From positions 1-61,237 of the IMG/VR virus record IMGVR_UViG_3300017913_000657: 61,237 nucleotides of DNA; one strand, written 5' to 3'. This DNA comes from a virus. Its lineage: Duplodnaviria > Caudoviricetes. The notes under the pieces are model-generated. The model was not told the DNA's origin. It worked only from the letters and a program-made list of their open reading frames with translations, and ran no database searches. A program made the translations under genes and the position numbers. Below, in pieces: positions 43,932 to 52,734 of the stretch; the first letter of the stretch is position 1; each line of letters opens with the position of its first letter.

Positions 43932-45656
43932 TTAGTCGTCGTATAAGTTCATGAAATCAAAAATGATGTGGTCATCAGCTTGAGCACCCACATCGTTAAC
44001 CTTCTTGATGTACTTAACAGCATCAGACACCCCAACCACCCTAACGTCGTCTATGGCTAAGTCTCCAAAGAACCCTGAATGACCTGACAACGACGTAGTG
44101 AAGGTTGGCGTATGGTTACCCACTTCAGTTTTGCTATCAGTGACAAGACTTGTACTGCTACTGCATTGATAAACAAAGTAGAAATACTGGGTATGGTTTG
44201 CGGTCACGGCCTGCCACGAAGAGTCCATCATGTTCGTTACAGGAGTGTCACCACCTATGAGGGCACCGTGCAGAGGAATTCTAATTCTTTGCCAGTAAGT
44301 GTCGTAATCACTTTGACTTGAGGTCATGGCAGAGGCAGGAATGTTGTCCGGTGAAGTCTGATAGTAACTCTGGTAGCTGTATGTGCTTATTTGCGTAAAT
44401 CCAGACGAAGCATCTGTGTTTGCTAAGATGTGAGAATGGGTTACCCCGCTTGTGTTTGCCGTACCACTGAACGAACCCCCAGTGTAGTGCATGCATTTTG
44501 CAAGAAGTGTCGCACTTCCGTCTGTTGACGTAGAAGAGTTGTCGTGATACACATACAGGTTCCCGACAGACGGACCGAAAGCGTACAAGTAAAATTCTAG
44601 GTAAACCTCATTGAAGTCACCATTCGTAAAGTTGGTGTACACCTCGTCCATCTTAATGGCTGGTGTTCTCACAATGTGATGAATGTTGTCGCCTCTGCTA
44701 CTGGTCTCCGTGTACAGGAACTCATTGGTCCTTGGGCTTGCGTGGAGACCGCCACCAGCGTGACCTGAGTATGGACCAGTATTATTACTTCCGGTCCCCG
44801 AATCATGCAAGTTCCAACTGTGACAATGCCGTGTAGTAGACAGCACAGGCGTCTCTGAATTCGACAAAGGCTTCCACAAGAATTCCGAATTGTTTGTAGT
44901 GTCTATGCACTGACTTCCTCTTCGCCATCCAGTCATGTCTGTCTGACCGCTTGGGTTAGTTGGGTTCCAGCCAATAATTCCAGAGGCGTTCTCCTGCGTC
45001 GAACTAGAGATGCTTGCGGTGCTGTGGGTTTGACCCTCAAAGTTGTAATCAAATGATTCTTGAACGTCCTCTACCGCAGGCGTAGCTGCATCAATCTGAT
45101 TAAGGGCTTCGATGTCGTCTCCGTTTCCAGACGAGTCTCTCATCTCGTAGAAAATCTCTATGCTAGGAGATAGTCCGAAAGTGGTGAACAACGTTGAGGT
45201 ATCCTTAATGCCTATAACCTTACACTGAGTAGGTGGGCCGTAAGACCTGATTCGCAACTCAAGACCAGCCAATGCTTGCTGCGTATTAATCTGAACACCG
45301 TACCCCAACAAGTCTCGAACCCCGCCGATGCTGTACATCTCGTTGGTTGAGTTGGTAAAAGTTAGTTGCTGCTCCGTTCCTGAGGTTGCGGCATCTGAAG
45401 TAGAAATCGTAAAGCCTAACGCACCATTGTATATGGAAGTGCCCTTAGTCAACGTCGCCCTAATCTGAAATCCAGTTACCCGAAACGTACTATTAGCGGG
45501 GAAGCCACTAGGCAAGGTTAAACCACCAAGCCTAACGCCTTCTCCTTGAGCATTAATGGTCATGTCACCCTCTCCGGTACCCACCATATTTGCGTTTCCG
45601 TCGGGGCTACCAAACGTGGTTTCAACAGTGTTGAATCTAAGAGGCCCTGTAGTCAT
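43932..45656 (-). CDS. Tail fibre/receptor-binding protein with MAM-like domain
   Basis: GTGSNNTGP..GH..G..FLYTETS...LEFYLYAFG..VGNL.V...W..I.I...GDLAIDDV. Confidence 0.65.
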   Translation of the reverse strand: MTTGPLRFNTVETTFGSPDGNANMVGTGEGDMTINAQGEGVRLGGLTLPSGFPANSTFRVTGFQIRATLTKGTSIYNGALGFTISTSDAATSGTEQQLTFTNSTNEMYSIGGVRDLLGYGVQINTQQALAGLELRIRSYGPPTQCKVIGIKDTSTLFTTFGLSPSIEIFYEMRDSSGNGDDIEALNQIDAATPAVEDVQESFDYNFEGQTHSTASISSSTQENASGIIGWNPTNPSGQTDMTGWRRGSQCIDTTNNSEFLWKPLSNSETPVLSTTRHCHSWNLHDSGTGSNNTGPYSGHAGGGLHASPRTNEFLYTETSSRGDNIHHIVRTPAIKMDEVYTNFTNGDFNEVYLEFYLYAFGPSVGNLYVYHDNSSTSTDGSATLLAKCMHYTGGSFSGTANTSGVTHSHILANTDASSGFTQISTYSYQSYYQTSPDNIPASAMTSSQSDYDTYWQRIRIPLHGALIGGDTPVTNMMDSSWQAVTANHTQYFYFVYQCSSSTSLVTDSKTEVGNHTPTFTTSLSGHSGFFGDLAIDDVRVVGVSDAVKYIKKVNDVGAQADDHIIFDFMNLYDD

Positions 45657-46801
45657 TAGGTTAACTCTACAAAGTCAGACGAAGGTGCAAACAAGATTTG
45701 TGTACAGGCAACGCTGTCAACAGTTCCCTGCGCGAGTCCATAACCCATGTGCCTAACGACATCACCGCTACTAGAGGGGCGAAGGAATGTAAACTCTCCT
45801 GCCACCGTATCAGACAAATACAAGATGCCTCCCTTGGCAAAGGTGCCGTTAATCATGGTGTTAGGAACATTGGCAATTCCGTATGTCAGGCCAGTTAAGA
45901 AGTCGTCGGTGGTGGTGCTCGCAAGGTTCAAAACCATTAACCCTCTAGCCGTAGTTACGTCATCTGCCTGTGCCTCAATGACATCACCATTGCTGTCAAG
46001 ACTAAGAATCTTATCCTGTGGAATGCTGCTAGAGGTGCAGGGAAGGGTGGTCCAAAGACCTAACGCCACTCTGTCGCTTCCGTTGCCCGCCGTGATGTTC
46101 AGGTTTGTTACCGTCGTATCCGCGCTGAACAGAACACCTTGTGTCTTACCATCTGAATCGCCGGGAAAGAACTTTACTTTGCCGTCAGTCAGGTTCAGCG
46201 TCTTCGTGGTCCCGGTGTAAGTTAGGTTCGCCTCCGCATCCAACTCGTCAGTGCTCGACGCAACTGTCGTTATCCTGTCTGCGGTGGCGTTGTTGATTGT
46301 GGTGCCACCAAGGTTGGATTCCGGTTGCCAACTAGTTGATACAGTAGAACCAGATACATTTCCTCTTAGATAATGGTTCCCACTCGATGGCTGCGACCCC
46401 GGCAGAACAATCGTGTAGTCAGCGGTGATTGGGTTCGTCCCTGAGGGGGCCGATAAAGCAATGGAGTGTTGCGTTAGGCTTCCGTCCCCAACCTGCTCAA
46501 ACAGCTTTAGCACACCGACTGAGGTTGTAGATGCCTCTGCACCTCTCAAGCTCAATACGCCATAGATGTCCACCGATGTTATACCAGCAAGACTGTTGAG
46601 CGTTGTCGTGCCTATAAACTTGGCAATGTTCCTTGTGGTGCCAAGGACGTCGTCAAAATTGACGTTAAACCTTTCAGACGTAAACTGGGTAGAACCGTCA
46701 CTGGAAAGCGTCAGGGTTCTGTCATCGCCGTCCGGTACAGTCTGGTCGGAAGAACCTATGTTTCCGTCTTCCTCAGTAAGTAATTTTTTCCAAGTTGCCA
46801 T
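45656..46801 (-). CDS. Tail fibre-associated structural protein
   Basis: Ser/Thr/Gly-rich; LDAEANLTY motif; C-terminal GGILYLSDT.AG..T...PSSSGDVVR..GY block. Confidence 0.65.
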   Translation of the reverse strand: MATWKKLLTEEDGNIGSSDQTVPDGDDRTLTLSSDGSTQFTSERFNVNFDDVLGTTRNIAKFIGTTTLNSLAGITSVDIYGVLSLRGAEASTTSVGVLKLFEQVGDGSLTQHSIALSAPSGTNPITADYTIVLPGSQPSSGNHYLRGNVSGSTVSTSWQPESNLGGTTINNATADRITTVASSTDELDAEANLTYTGTTKTLNLTDGKVKFFPGDSDGKTQGVLFSADTTVTNLNITAGNGSDRVALGLWTTLPCTSSSIPQDKILSLDSNGDVIEAQADDVTTARGLMVLNLASTTTDDFLTGLTYGIANVPNTMINGTFAKGGILYLSDTVAGEFTFLRPSSSGDVVRHMGYGLAQGTVDSVACTQILFAPSSDFVELT

Positions 46802-46810
46802 AGCTCACGG

Positions 46811-46990
46811 TTACTTTGCAACCGCGACGGCTGGGGCTGCCTCTTTCTTTTCTTCGATTTTTTGAAGTCTGACGAATTCTTTGTCCAGTTTGTCCAACAG
46901 CGTAGAGACCGTTCTGGCATCTGACGCTTTAATTTGTTGATTCTCAACTGACTGCTTCACGAGGTAGACTTCTGTAATGTCTAATTTCAT
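46811..46990 (-). CDS. Small helical protein (putative fibre chaperone)
   Basis: MKLDITEVYLVK...; lies in the fibre cluster. Confidence 0.6.
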   Translation of the reverse strand: MKLDITEVYLVKQSVENQQIKASDARTVSTLLDKLDKEFVRLQKIEEKKEAAPAVAVAK

Positions 46991-47007
46991 TGTATTGGGG
47001 TTTGATT

Positions 47008-47181
47008 TCACTTAGCCTTCAACTGATTTTGTAGCTTATTCACTACGTCTGCCAACAAAAGTACGTCCTTCCCGTCGAACTTGCAATCATGCAAGGTCTT
47101 CAGAATGAACGTAAGCTCCTGTTGGGTCAGGGTGTCAGTGCTCACGGCACCGACATCCCTGCCCTTAGGAAGAATAGGCAT
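47008..47181 (-). CDS. 57-aa helical protein (putative fibre chaperone)
   Basis: MPILPKGRDVG...LTQQELTFILKTL...VVNKLQNQLKAK*; TGATG-coupled. Confidence 0.55.
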   Translation of the reverse strand: MPILPKGRDVGAVSTDTLTQQELTFILKTLHDCKFDGKDVLLLADVVNKLQNQLKAK

Positions 47182-48218
47182 CAATCGAGATAGAGGTACA
47201 GGCCTTTGGTTCCGGAAGTACCGTCGTTGTAGAACAACGCGCCCGTATCTGGAGTAGAAGCGGGGTCAGCCGCTCCCTTATCCAGAGCTGCAATACCGTA
47301 TGTGGTGCCGTTGTGGTCGCGGACACTCCAGCCAGTCATCGTGGTGGTGTTGTTGACCCACGTCAATTTGGCGAAGTTCGCGGCGTTGGCAATGGTGTCA
47401 GTAACAACTTCAAGACCTGAACCAGTAGACGCCGCAACAGCGGTAGCGGTGTCAGCGTAATCGTTGTCAGCACTGTCCTCCATGGCAAGGCGAAGAACCT
47501 TGTCAATCGTCTGTACGTTGGAGGAGTCGAGGAAGACCGTGGTTCCGTCTACGGTGAGGTTACCAGTCACGGTAAGAGCACCAGTCACGGTAGAGTCACC
47601 TGTGACGGTGGCACCGCCACCAGACACAGTCAAGCCACCCGCAGTAACAGTAGCACCACCCGCAGTAACGGTCAAGCCGCCAGCGGTAATGGTAGCTCCA
47701 CCAGAATCAACGGTAAGCGTGTCGGTCTTTACGGTACCGTCGAAGTAAGCATTCTTGAACTCCTTGGAAGCTGAACCGAGGTCAACATCGTTGTCAGTAA
47801 CTGGTTCGAGCACACCGTCCTTGAGAACAATTTGGTCTGCGCCATTAACACGGAGAATGATGTTGTTGTCCGTAGCGAAGTCGATGTCGTTGTCCGAGTC
47901 ACGACCAATGACAAGGGACGTGTTCAGGACGCTCGTGATGGTCGTCTGAGCTGCGGTTACAGCAACGTCGTCGGCGTTGACCGTGATACCATCACCAGCA
48001 CCAACGTTTACGGTTACCGTTCCGGAGGTGCCGCCATCGGTAAGACCAGTACCCGCCGTAACGCCCTCGATGTCACCACTACCAGTTCCAAAGTTTTGGG
48101 CATCAATGTAATCAAATACCGCATTACCAGTTACAAGTCCGGTTGCTCCGTCAGCTACGCCCGCTGAACCGTCAGTTCCAATGTCGTCCGCCGTAAGGAC
48201 TCTTTTCCATGAAGCCAT
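47181..48218 (-). CDS. Tail fibre protein
   Basis: GDIEGVTAGTGL, DVDLGSASKEFKNAYF, GNLTVDGTT fibre motifs. Confidence 0.75.
   Translation of the reverse strand: MASWKRVLTADDIGTDGSAGVADGATGLVTGNAVFDYIDAQNFGTGSGDIEGVTAGTGLTDGGTSGTVTVNVGAGDGITVNADDVAVTAAQTTITSVLNTSLVIGRDSDNDIDFATDNNIILRVNGADQIVLKDGVLEPVTDNDVDLGSASKEFKNAYFDGTVKTDTLTVDSGGATITAGGLTVTAGGATVTAGGLTVSGGGATVTGDSTVTGALTVTGNLTVDGTTVFLDSSNVQTIDKVLRLAMEDSADNDYADTATAVAASTGSGLEVVTDTIANAANFAKLTWVNNTTTMTGWSVRDHNGTTYGIAALDKGAADPASTPDTGALFYNDGTSGTKGLYLYLD
47600..47705 (-). repeat. 7-aa tandem repeat GG(A/L)T(V/I)TA in the tail fibre
   Basis: GGATITAGGLTVTAGGATVTAGGLTVSGGGATVTG. Confidence 0.8.
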
Positions 48219-48265
48219 GCTAAATAATTTTCAGTTTGTGAGACAAAGATAATAGAGAAATCGTA

Positions 48266-48751
48266 TCACGAATCAGACACTCCGAAGTACAACTTGTCGT
48301 TGTCATCGGCGTACATACCACCAGCAAAAGCGGTGGGCGGGGAGTCAGCGGGGAACTGCTTGAACTCAACTACACCGTCAAGGTTTACCCTTCCTGTTCC
48401 GTTGGGAGTAAACGTGATGTTCCCGTTACTCGTAGAAACCAACGAAAAACTGTTGACGTCAAGGTTGCCACCAAGCTGTGGTGTAGTGTCCTCAACAACG
48501 TTATCGAGTCCGCCACTACCTACCTCCGTCCAGTTGCTTGCGTCCGTCCATCCGCCACCTTGGTAGATGAATGCCTGCGGAGTGCTTGTGCCTACAATGG
48601 CAAGGAAGCCCGTGACCTGCAAATTTGCAGACAGAGCATCTCGCTCCGACGTGTCGTCGAAGAACCCGAATCCTTTAATCTGGTTTCCAGTAGCATCGAC
48701 AATCGGAGCGTTCGGGTTGTTGTGCGATACTGGTCCGGGAAAAATTGGCAT
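48266..48751 (-). CDS. Structural protein (fibre-associated)
   Basis: VVEDTTPQLGGNLDVN...NGNI..PNGTG motif, common in phage fibres. Confidence 0.65.
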   Translation of the reverse strand: MPIFPGPVSHNNPNAPIVDATGNQIKGFGFFDDTSERDALSANLQVTGFLAIVGTSTPQAFIYQGGGWTDASNWTEVGSGGLDNVVEDTTPQLGGNLDVNSFSLVSTSNGNITFTPNGTGRVNLDGVVEFKQFPADSPPTAFAGGMYADDNDKLYFGVSDS

Positions 48752-49830
48752 TAGAAGTCAATCGTCAAAACCTGTCCAGTTGCAAAAGCATTGTCGTATG
48801 TGCTTCTGTAAAACCGATAGGAAGTAGTTACACCATAGTCATTCGTGATATTGTAGTCTACTGGGGATTCGAAGTCCGAGAGCACGTCGGTTCCTGCAAG
48901 GTTAATCTTGTTCAGGTTTCCGAACGATGCGGGGTAGGCAATCCAAGTGTAATTGTCTGCCGTGTCCATGCCTGCGTCAGCAGTCACGTTAAAGTCCTGC
49001 TCTGGGCGAAGAGCGTTTGACGCAGCCGTCATCCCTGAGAACAGAGTACCCGCCTCTGTTGCATCAGAAATACTTTCAGTGGAGCTAGAACCAACCTTGA
49101 CCCTGTAGTACCAGTTAACTGAAATAGCACTGCTGGTGATGGTCACATTAGAGCTGCCACCACTGTCTGTAGCCTTAACCGTGTACTGGGCGAGAGTAGG
49201 CGAGGTTGGGTCTTCCTCATGAACAGTAGTAAGTGTCTTCACCGCATTGTCGTCAGAGAACCCAGATTCAATAGAGACACCCCCATCAAAGAAGTTGACA
49301 GAGTCATCTGTAGTCTGTGTGTTGTCTGCGATGGTGTACTTAAATCCGTTTACACGGATGCCCTGACCTACCTCTAGTTTCTCACTGCTGGAGGTAAGTG
49401 TCGTGAAGCTGGGGTACGTCCCGTCTGTGTTCTGCTTCGCCCGGCTGATGTTGTTCAGCGTGATGGTGGTCACGTTGTACTTCTCCAGCATGTCCCGCAA
49501 AACGTCCTCGATAGAGGTGCCCACCGTAATGGGTGTCGTCATGTGCGAGAACGCAGCGTCAGAGTTGCTGATGCTAATCTCGGTCTGGATAGTGCCAGAG
49601 TCAGCAGAGAGGGTAGTGTTCTCCCAGTTGCCTGAGGTTGAATTGTATTGGAGGATTTGATTGTCCTGAAGATTACTGAAGGATACATCACTGATGTTGG
49701 CGACAGAAACCTTTGCGACAGGGGAGACCGATACCGACACGTTGTCGTTGACAACCGTCGATACACTTACATTACTTGCTGGGGTCAGGCTGACAGCCAG
49801 CGGCTTCTGTAGTGTAAAGTCTACCTGCAT
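48751..49830 (-). CDS. Structural protein (fibre-associated)
   Basis: DNQILQYNSTSGNWEN motif; Ser/Thr-rich beta protein. Confidence 0.65.
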   Translation of the reverse strand: MQVDFTLQKPLAVSLTPASNVSVSTVVNDNVSVSVSPVAKVSVANISDVSFSNLQDNQILQYNSTSGNWENTTLSADSGTIQTEISISNSDAAFSHMTTPITVGTSIEDVLRDMLEKYNVTTITLNNISRAKQNTDGTYPSFTTLTSSSEKLEVGQGIRVNGFKYTIADNTQTTDDSVNFFDGGVSIESGFSDDNAVKTLTTVHEEDPTSPTLAQYTVKATDSGGSSNVTITSSAISVNWYYRVKVGSSSTESISDATEAGTLFSGMTAASNALRPEQDFNVTADAGMDTADNYTWIAYPASFGNLNKINLAGTDVLSDFESPVDYNITNDYGVTTSYRFYRSTYDNAFATGQVLTIDF

Positions 49831-50246
49831 TAAATCGTGATGTCCTCATTAACCTTAAAGATGCCTCTCAACCAAGTCGTAACGGAGCTACCGTCGTCAG
49901 CTTGAATGTCATAGACATACAGGCCGGAGGCAACCCTCTTCATATTAGATGCGGTACACTTGAACTTCAGGTCACCGTTAGCACCACCAGTTTGGTCTAC
50001 GGTAATCTGCTTGTTGTTCGTGTCGCTGCTATCTCTCGTGCTCAAAACAATAGCGTCCTCCGTCAGTGTTTCGGTGTCTTCCGTATCTGCGGTACGCACC
50101 TCCATGTGGAAGGTGTACTCACTAGTAGACACGTCGAGAGCAGTACCTCCAGAACTCTTGACATCCAAGTCAAGCTCAAAGGTGTCGCCCCTTCTACAGG
50201 TAATGTCCAGACGAGTTGATGTATCGAGGTTTGCTACGTTAGCCAT
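49830..50246 (-). CDS. Fibre-attachment protein (BppU N-terminal-like)
   Basis: LDITCRRGDTF...GLYVYDIQ...WLRGIFKV. Confidence 0.65.
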   Translation of the reverse strand: MANVANLDTSTRLDITCRRGDTFELDLDVKSSGGTALDVSTSEYTFHMEVRTADTEDTETLTEDAIVLSTRDSSDTNNKQITVDQTGGANGDLKFKCTASNMKRVASGLYVYDIQADDGSSVTTWLRGIFKVNEDITI

Positions 50247-52686
50247 TTCCAAAGAGTTCGTTCATTACGTCTTGATTATTCTGCTTCGGGTCCAGTTCCC
50301 CTCTCTCTCCCTTTCTCTGAGAGATGAGCTTGGACTGTTCCACTGCCTGCTTCTCCACCCTAGCATCCTTGCGGTCTTCCTTGAGAGTTTCAATCTTCTC
50401 TCTGAACTCCTTGTCGTCTGCTTTGAATCCGAGAGAGGCTTGAGCGCGAATCATCTCAATCTCCTTTCTCATCTGGTGTAGTGCAGCAGCAACCTGCACT
50501 TCGACCTGACCCTTGAGTTGAATCTTCTGAATCTCAACCTGAGACTCCATCTGCATCTTCTGCATTTCAGACTGAGCAGCCTGCTGCGCAGCTTGGGCAT
50601 TGGCTTGGGCTTGCGCCTGAATGTTAGCCTGCTGCTGTTGCTGAAGCATGTTGATTCTCTTCCGCCTACGGATAGCCAGAAGTCTTTGGGCTTGGTCAAT
50701 GTCTTTGACTTGACGGACAGCCATCGCGTCTTCCAAGTCGATTTCTTTCTGCGCCAGAGTAGCCTGAAGGTTCTGCTCCAAGAATATGCGGTCCTCGTCA
50801 GACATTTCTTGCACGACACGCACACCGAAGTTGTACATGGGCAGGTCGTTGAAACTACTGAGGGTTTCCATACTCACGTCACCCACAGCCTTACTGTACA
50901 CTCGGTACAACACGGAGTCCGGTGGGATGACCTGCAAACACTTGACAATGTCTTCGCAGACGCGGCGGTAAAGGACCACACTCGCATTTGTAATGTCATA
51001 CAAAGCGTTGTTGCCCGCAGCCAAGGCCTGCTGACGTACACCGACCAGAGCGTCGCCCTTGGGCGTACTGGCATCCATAACCTCATTGATTCCCGTGGAG
51101 TCGCGAATCATACGGAGGTAGTGGTTGTACAGGTTGATGTACTCGTTGATGTTCCTGATGCTATTCTCGATAGAACGGATAGGAGGATTCTGGAACCCAC
51201 CCTCAGGGTTCTTACTGCGATAGTAGAAGACACCTGTCTGTTCGTAGATGTCTTGAATCTGCAATGGCTGCAACTCCCCGCCTCTACCGAGCTGGACGTT
51301 CTCCAATCCTTCGATGTCAACGAGAACTCCGTCAGGCTTTGCCTTGGCGACGGCCTGCTGAATCTTCAGGTGAGTCAACTGCAACTGGTCAGCGAATCCG
51401 ATGACGCCGCCCACAATGGACTTCGGCATCATGCGACGCATGTTCGTGCAGACCACGCTGTAGGACAGAGTAGCCTTGGTCAGGTCGTGGACGTTCTTCG
51501 GAATGTTCTTCTTGATTCCGTAGTTGAACATCTTTCCAGAACCCATGATGTAGCACCCGCCGTACACGGTCTGGTTTTCCATCTTGTGTGGCTGCCTGTC
51601 GTAGACAGAGCTGGTGGGCATCTTGTACTCACCGCCCTTGTAGTAGAATCCAACGTTCCCAAACTGACTCTCCTTGCTTTCGTAGTACACGCAGTCGACA
51701 GACAGGAACTCAAAGTCCATGACGTCGATGAGGTAGTCGTCGTAACCGTAGGTGTTTTTTCTAGACTGTCTATCGTATGCCCGGTAGGAGAAGGTGCCAG
51801 CGTCGTTGTAGCTTTTGTGCATGTACGTCTGCGCCAGCTCCTCGTATTCCTTTTCGGAGAACTGGCTGCCCGCCATACGCTTCAACTCCTGAATGCTGAT
51901 TCTTTTAATGTGACCCGCATACACAATGTCGGACATGTTCGGGTCGTCAGTGTAGCTGTGAACGAAGAACGCCGGGTCGATGTACTTCGTAGTGATGCCG
52001 TAGTTCGGGTCATTGTCTCTCTTGACCACGCCCATCCCGCAGACAACCAAGTCCTCTACTGCACGTCTAAAGATATTCTGGTCGAAGTCATTCCAATCCA
52101 GAGTCAGTGCGATGCCGAGCTGCGCAGCAATCTCTGCGTTGCTCTTCATGTTCTGCTCCAAGAAAATCTCTGCCTCCTCAGTAGAATCCGGCAAGATGTC
52201 TGGGTCAATCCGTGGGCTGAGTCCAATAGCCTTAGCCTCCTTCAGCAAGTCCTTGTCCTTGATTGCTGCTTCGACCTCCGCCTTGGCTTCATCTTTTTGG
52301 CCCTTGCTAACCGGGTCGAGTGCCTCGACAGAAGGGTATGGCTTTCTGGAAAGGATGCGGTTGACTACCACCTTCACGAACTTCGGAATGATGGGCACCG
52401 GACTCCAGTCCAGATTCAAGAGCGTACCGTCCCCGTTGTTCGGGTCCAGTGAGTTCAGGATTTGTTTGTATACAGAAGTGTCCTGCGTGCCGTTGGCGTA
52501 GTCGCGGTTCTTCTCGAATTCGTTTAGGCGACGGCGGAAAAGGGAGGACGCATCCTCTCCCTTACCCCACTGTCCCTCGATGGCTTTAGCAAACTTGAGT
52601 CCATAGGAGTTGCTTGCTTTTTCTTCGGGAGACAAGAACGGGTCAGGGAAGTTTCCGTATCTGTTATTTTTGCTCCCTTGAGTCAT
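50239..52686 (-). CDS. Portal protein
   Basis: 815 aa directly after the terminase; LNLDWSPVPIIPKFV, IRDSTGINE, Gln-rich barrel C-terminus. Confidence 0.88.
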   Translation of the reverse strand: MTQGSKNNRYGNFPDPFLSPEEKASNSYGLKFAKAIEGQWGKGEDASSLFRRRLNEFEKNRDYANGTQDTSVYKQILNSLDPNNGDGTLLNLDWSPVPIIPKFVKVVVNRILSRKPYPSVEALDPVSKGQKDEAKAEVEAAIKDKDLLKEAKAIGLSPRIDPDILPDSTEEAEIFLEQNMKSNAEIAAQLGIALTLDWNDFDQNIFRRAVEDLVVCGMGVVKRDNDPNYGITTKYIDPAFFVHSYTDDPNMSDIVYAGHIKRISIQELKRMAGSQFSEKEYEELAQTYMHKSYNDAGTFSYRAYDRQSRKNTYGYDDYLIDVMDFEFLSVDCVYYESKESQFGNVGFYYKGGEYKMPTSSVYDRQPHKMENQTVYGGCYIMGSGKMFNYGIKKNIPKNVHDLTKATLSYSVVCTNMRRMMPKSIVGGVIGFADQLQLTHLKIQQAVAKAKPDGVLVDIEGLENVQLGRGGELQPLQIQDIYEQTGVFYYRSKNPEGGFQNPPIRSIENSIRNINEYINLYNHYLRMIRDSTGINEVMDASTPKGDALVGVRQQALAAGNNALYDITNASVVLYRRVCEDIVKCLQVIPPDSVLYRVYSKAVGDVSMETLSSFNDLPMYNFGVRVVQEMSDEDRIFLEQNLQATLAQKEIDLEDAMAVRQVKDIDQAQRLLAIRRRKRINMLQQQQQANIQAQAQANAQAAQQAAQSEMQKMQMESQVEIQKIQLKGQVEVQVAAALHQMRKEIEMIRAQASLGFKADDKEFREKIETLKEDRKDARVEKQAVEQSKLISQRKGERGELDPKQNNQDVMNELFGNG

Positions 52687-52734
52687 TGACTATTCTTTGC
52701 GCTCATGTGCAAATATAGCAATACCGCAGGTGCG

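Noticed and set aside
43932-49830. Diversity-generating retroelement or invertible fibre cassette
   Set aside because: No reverse transcriptase, recombinase or template/variable repeat pair was seen.
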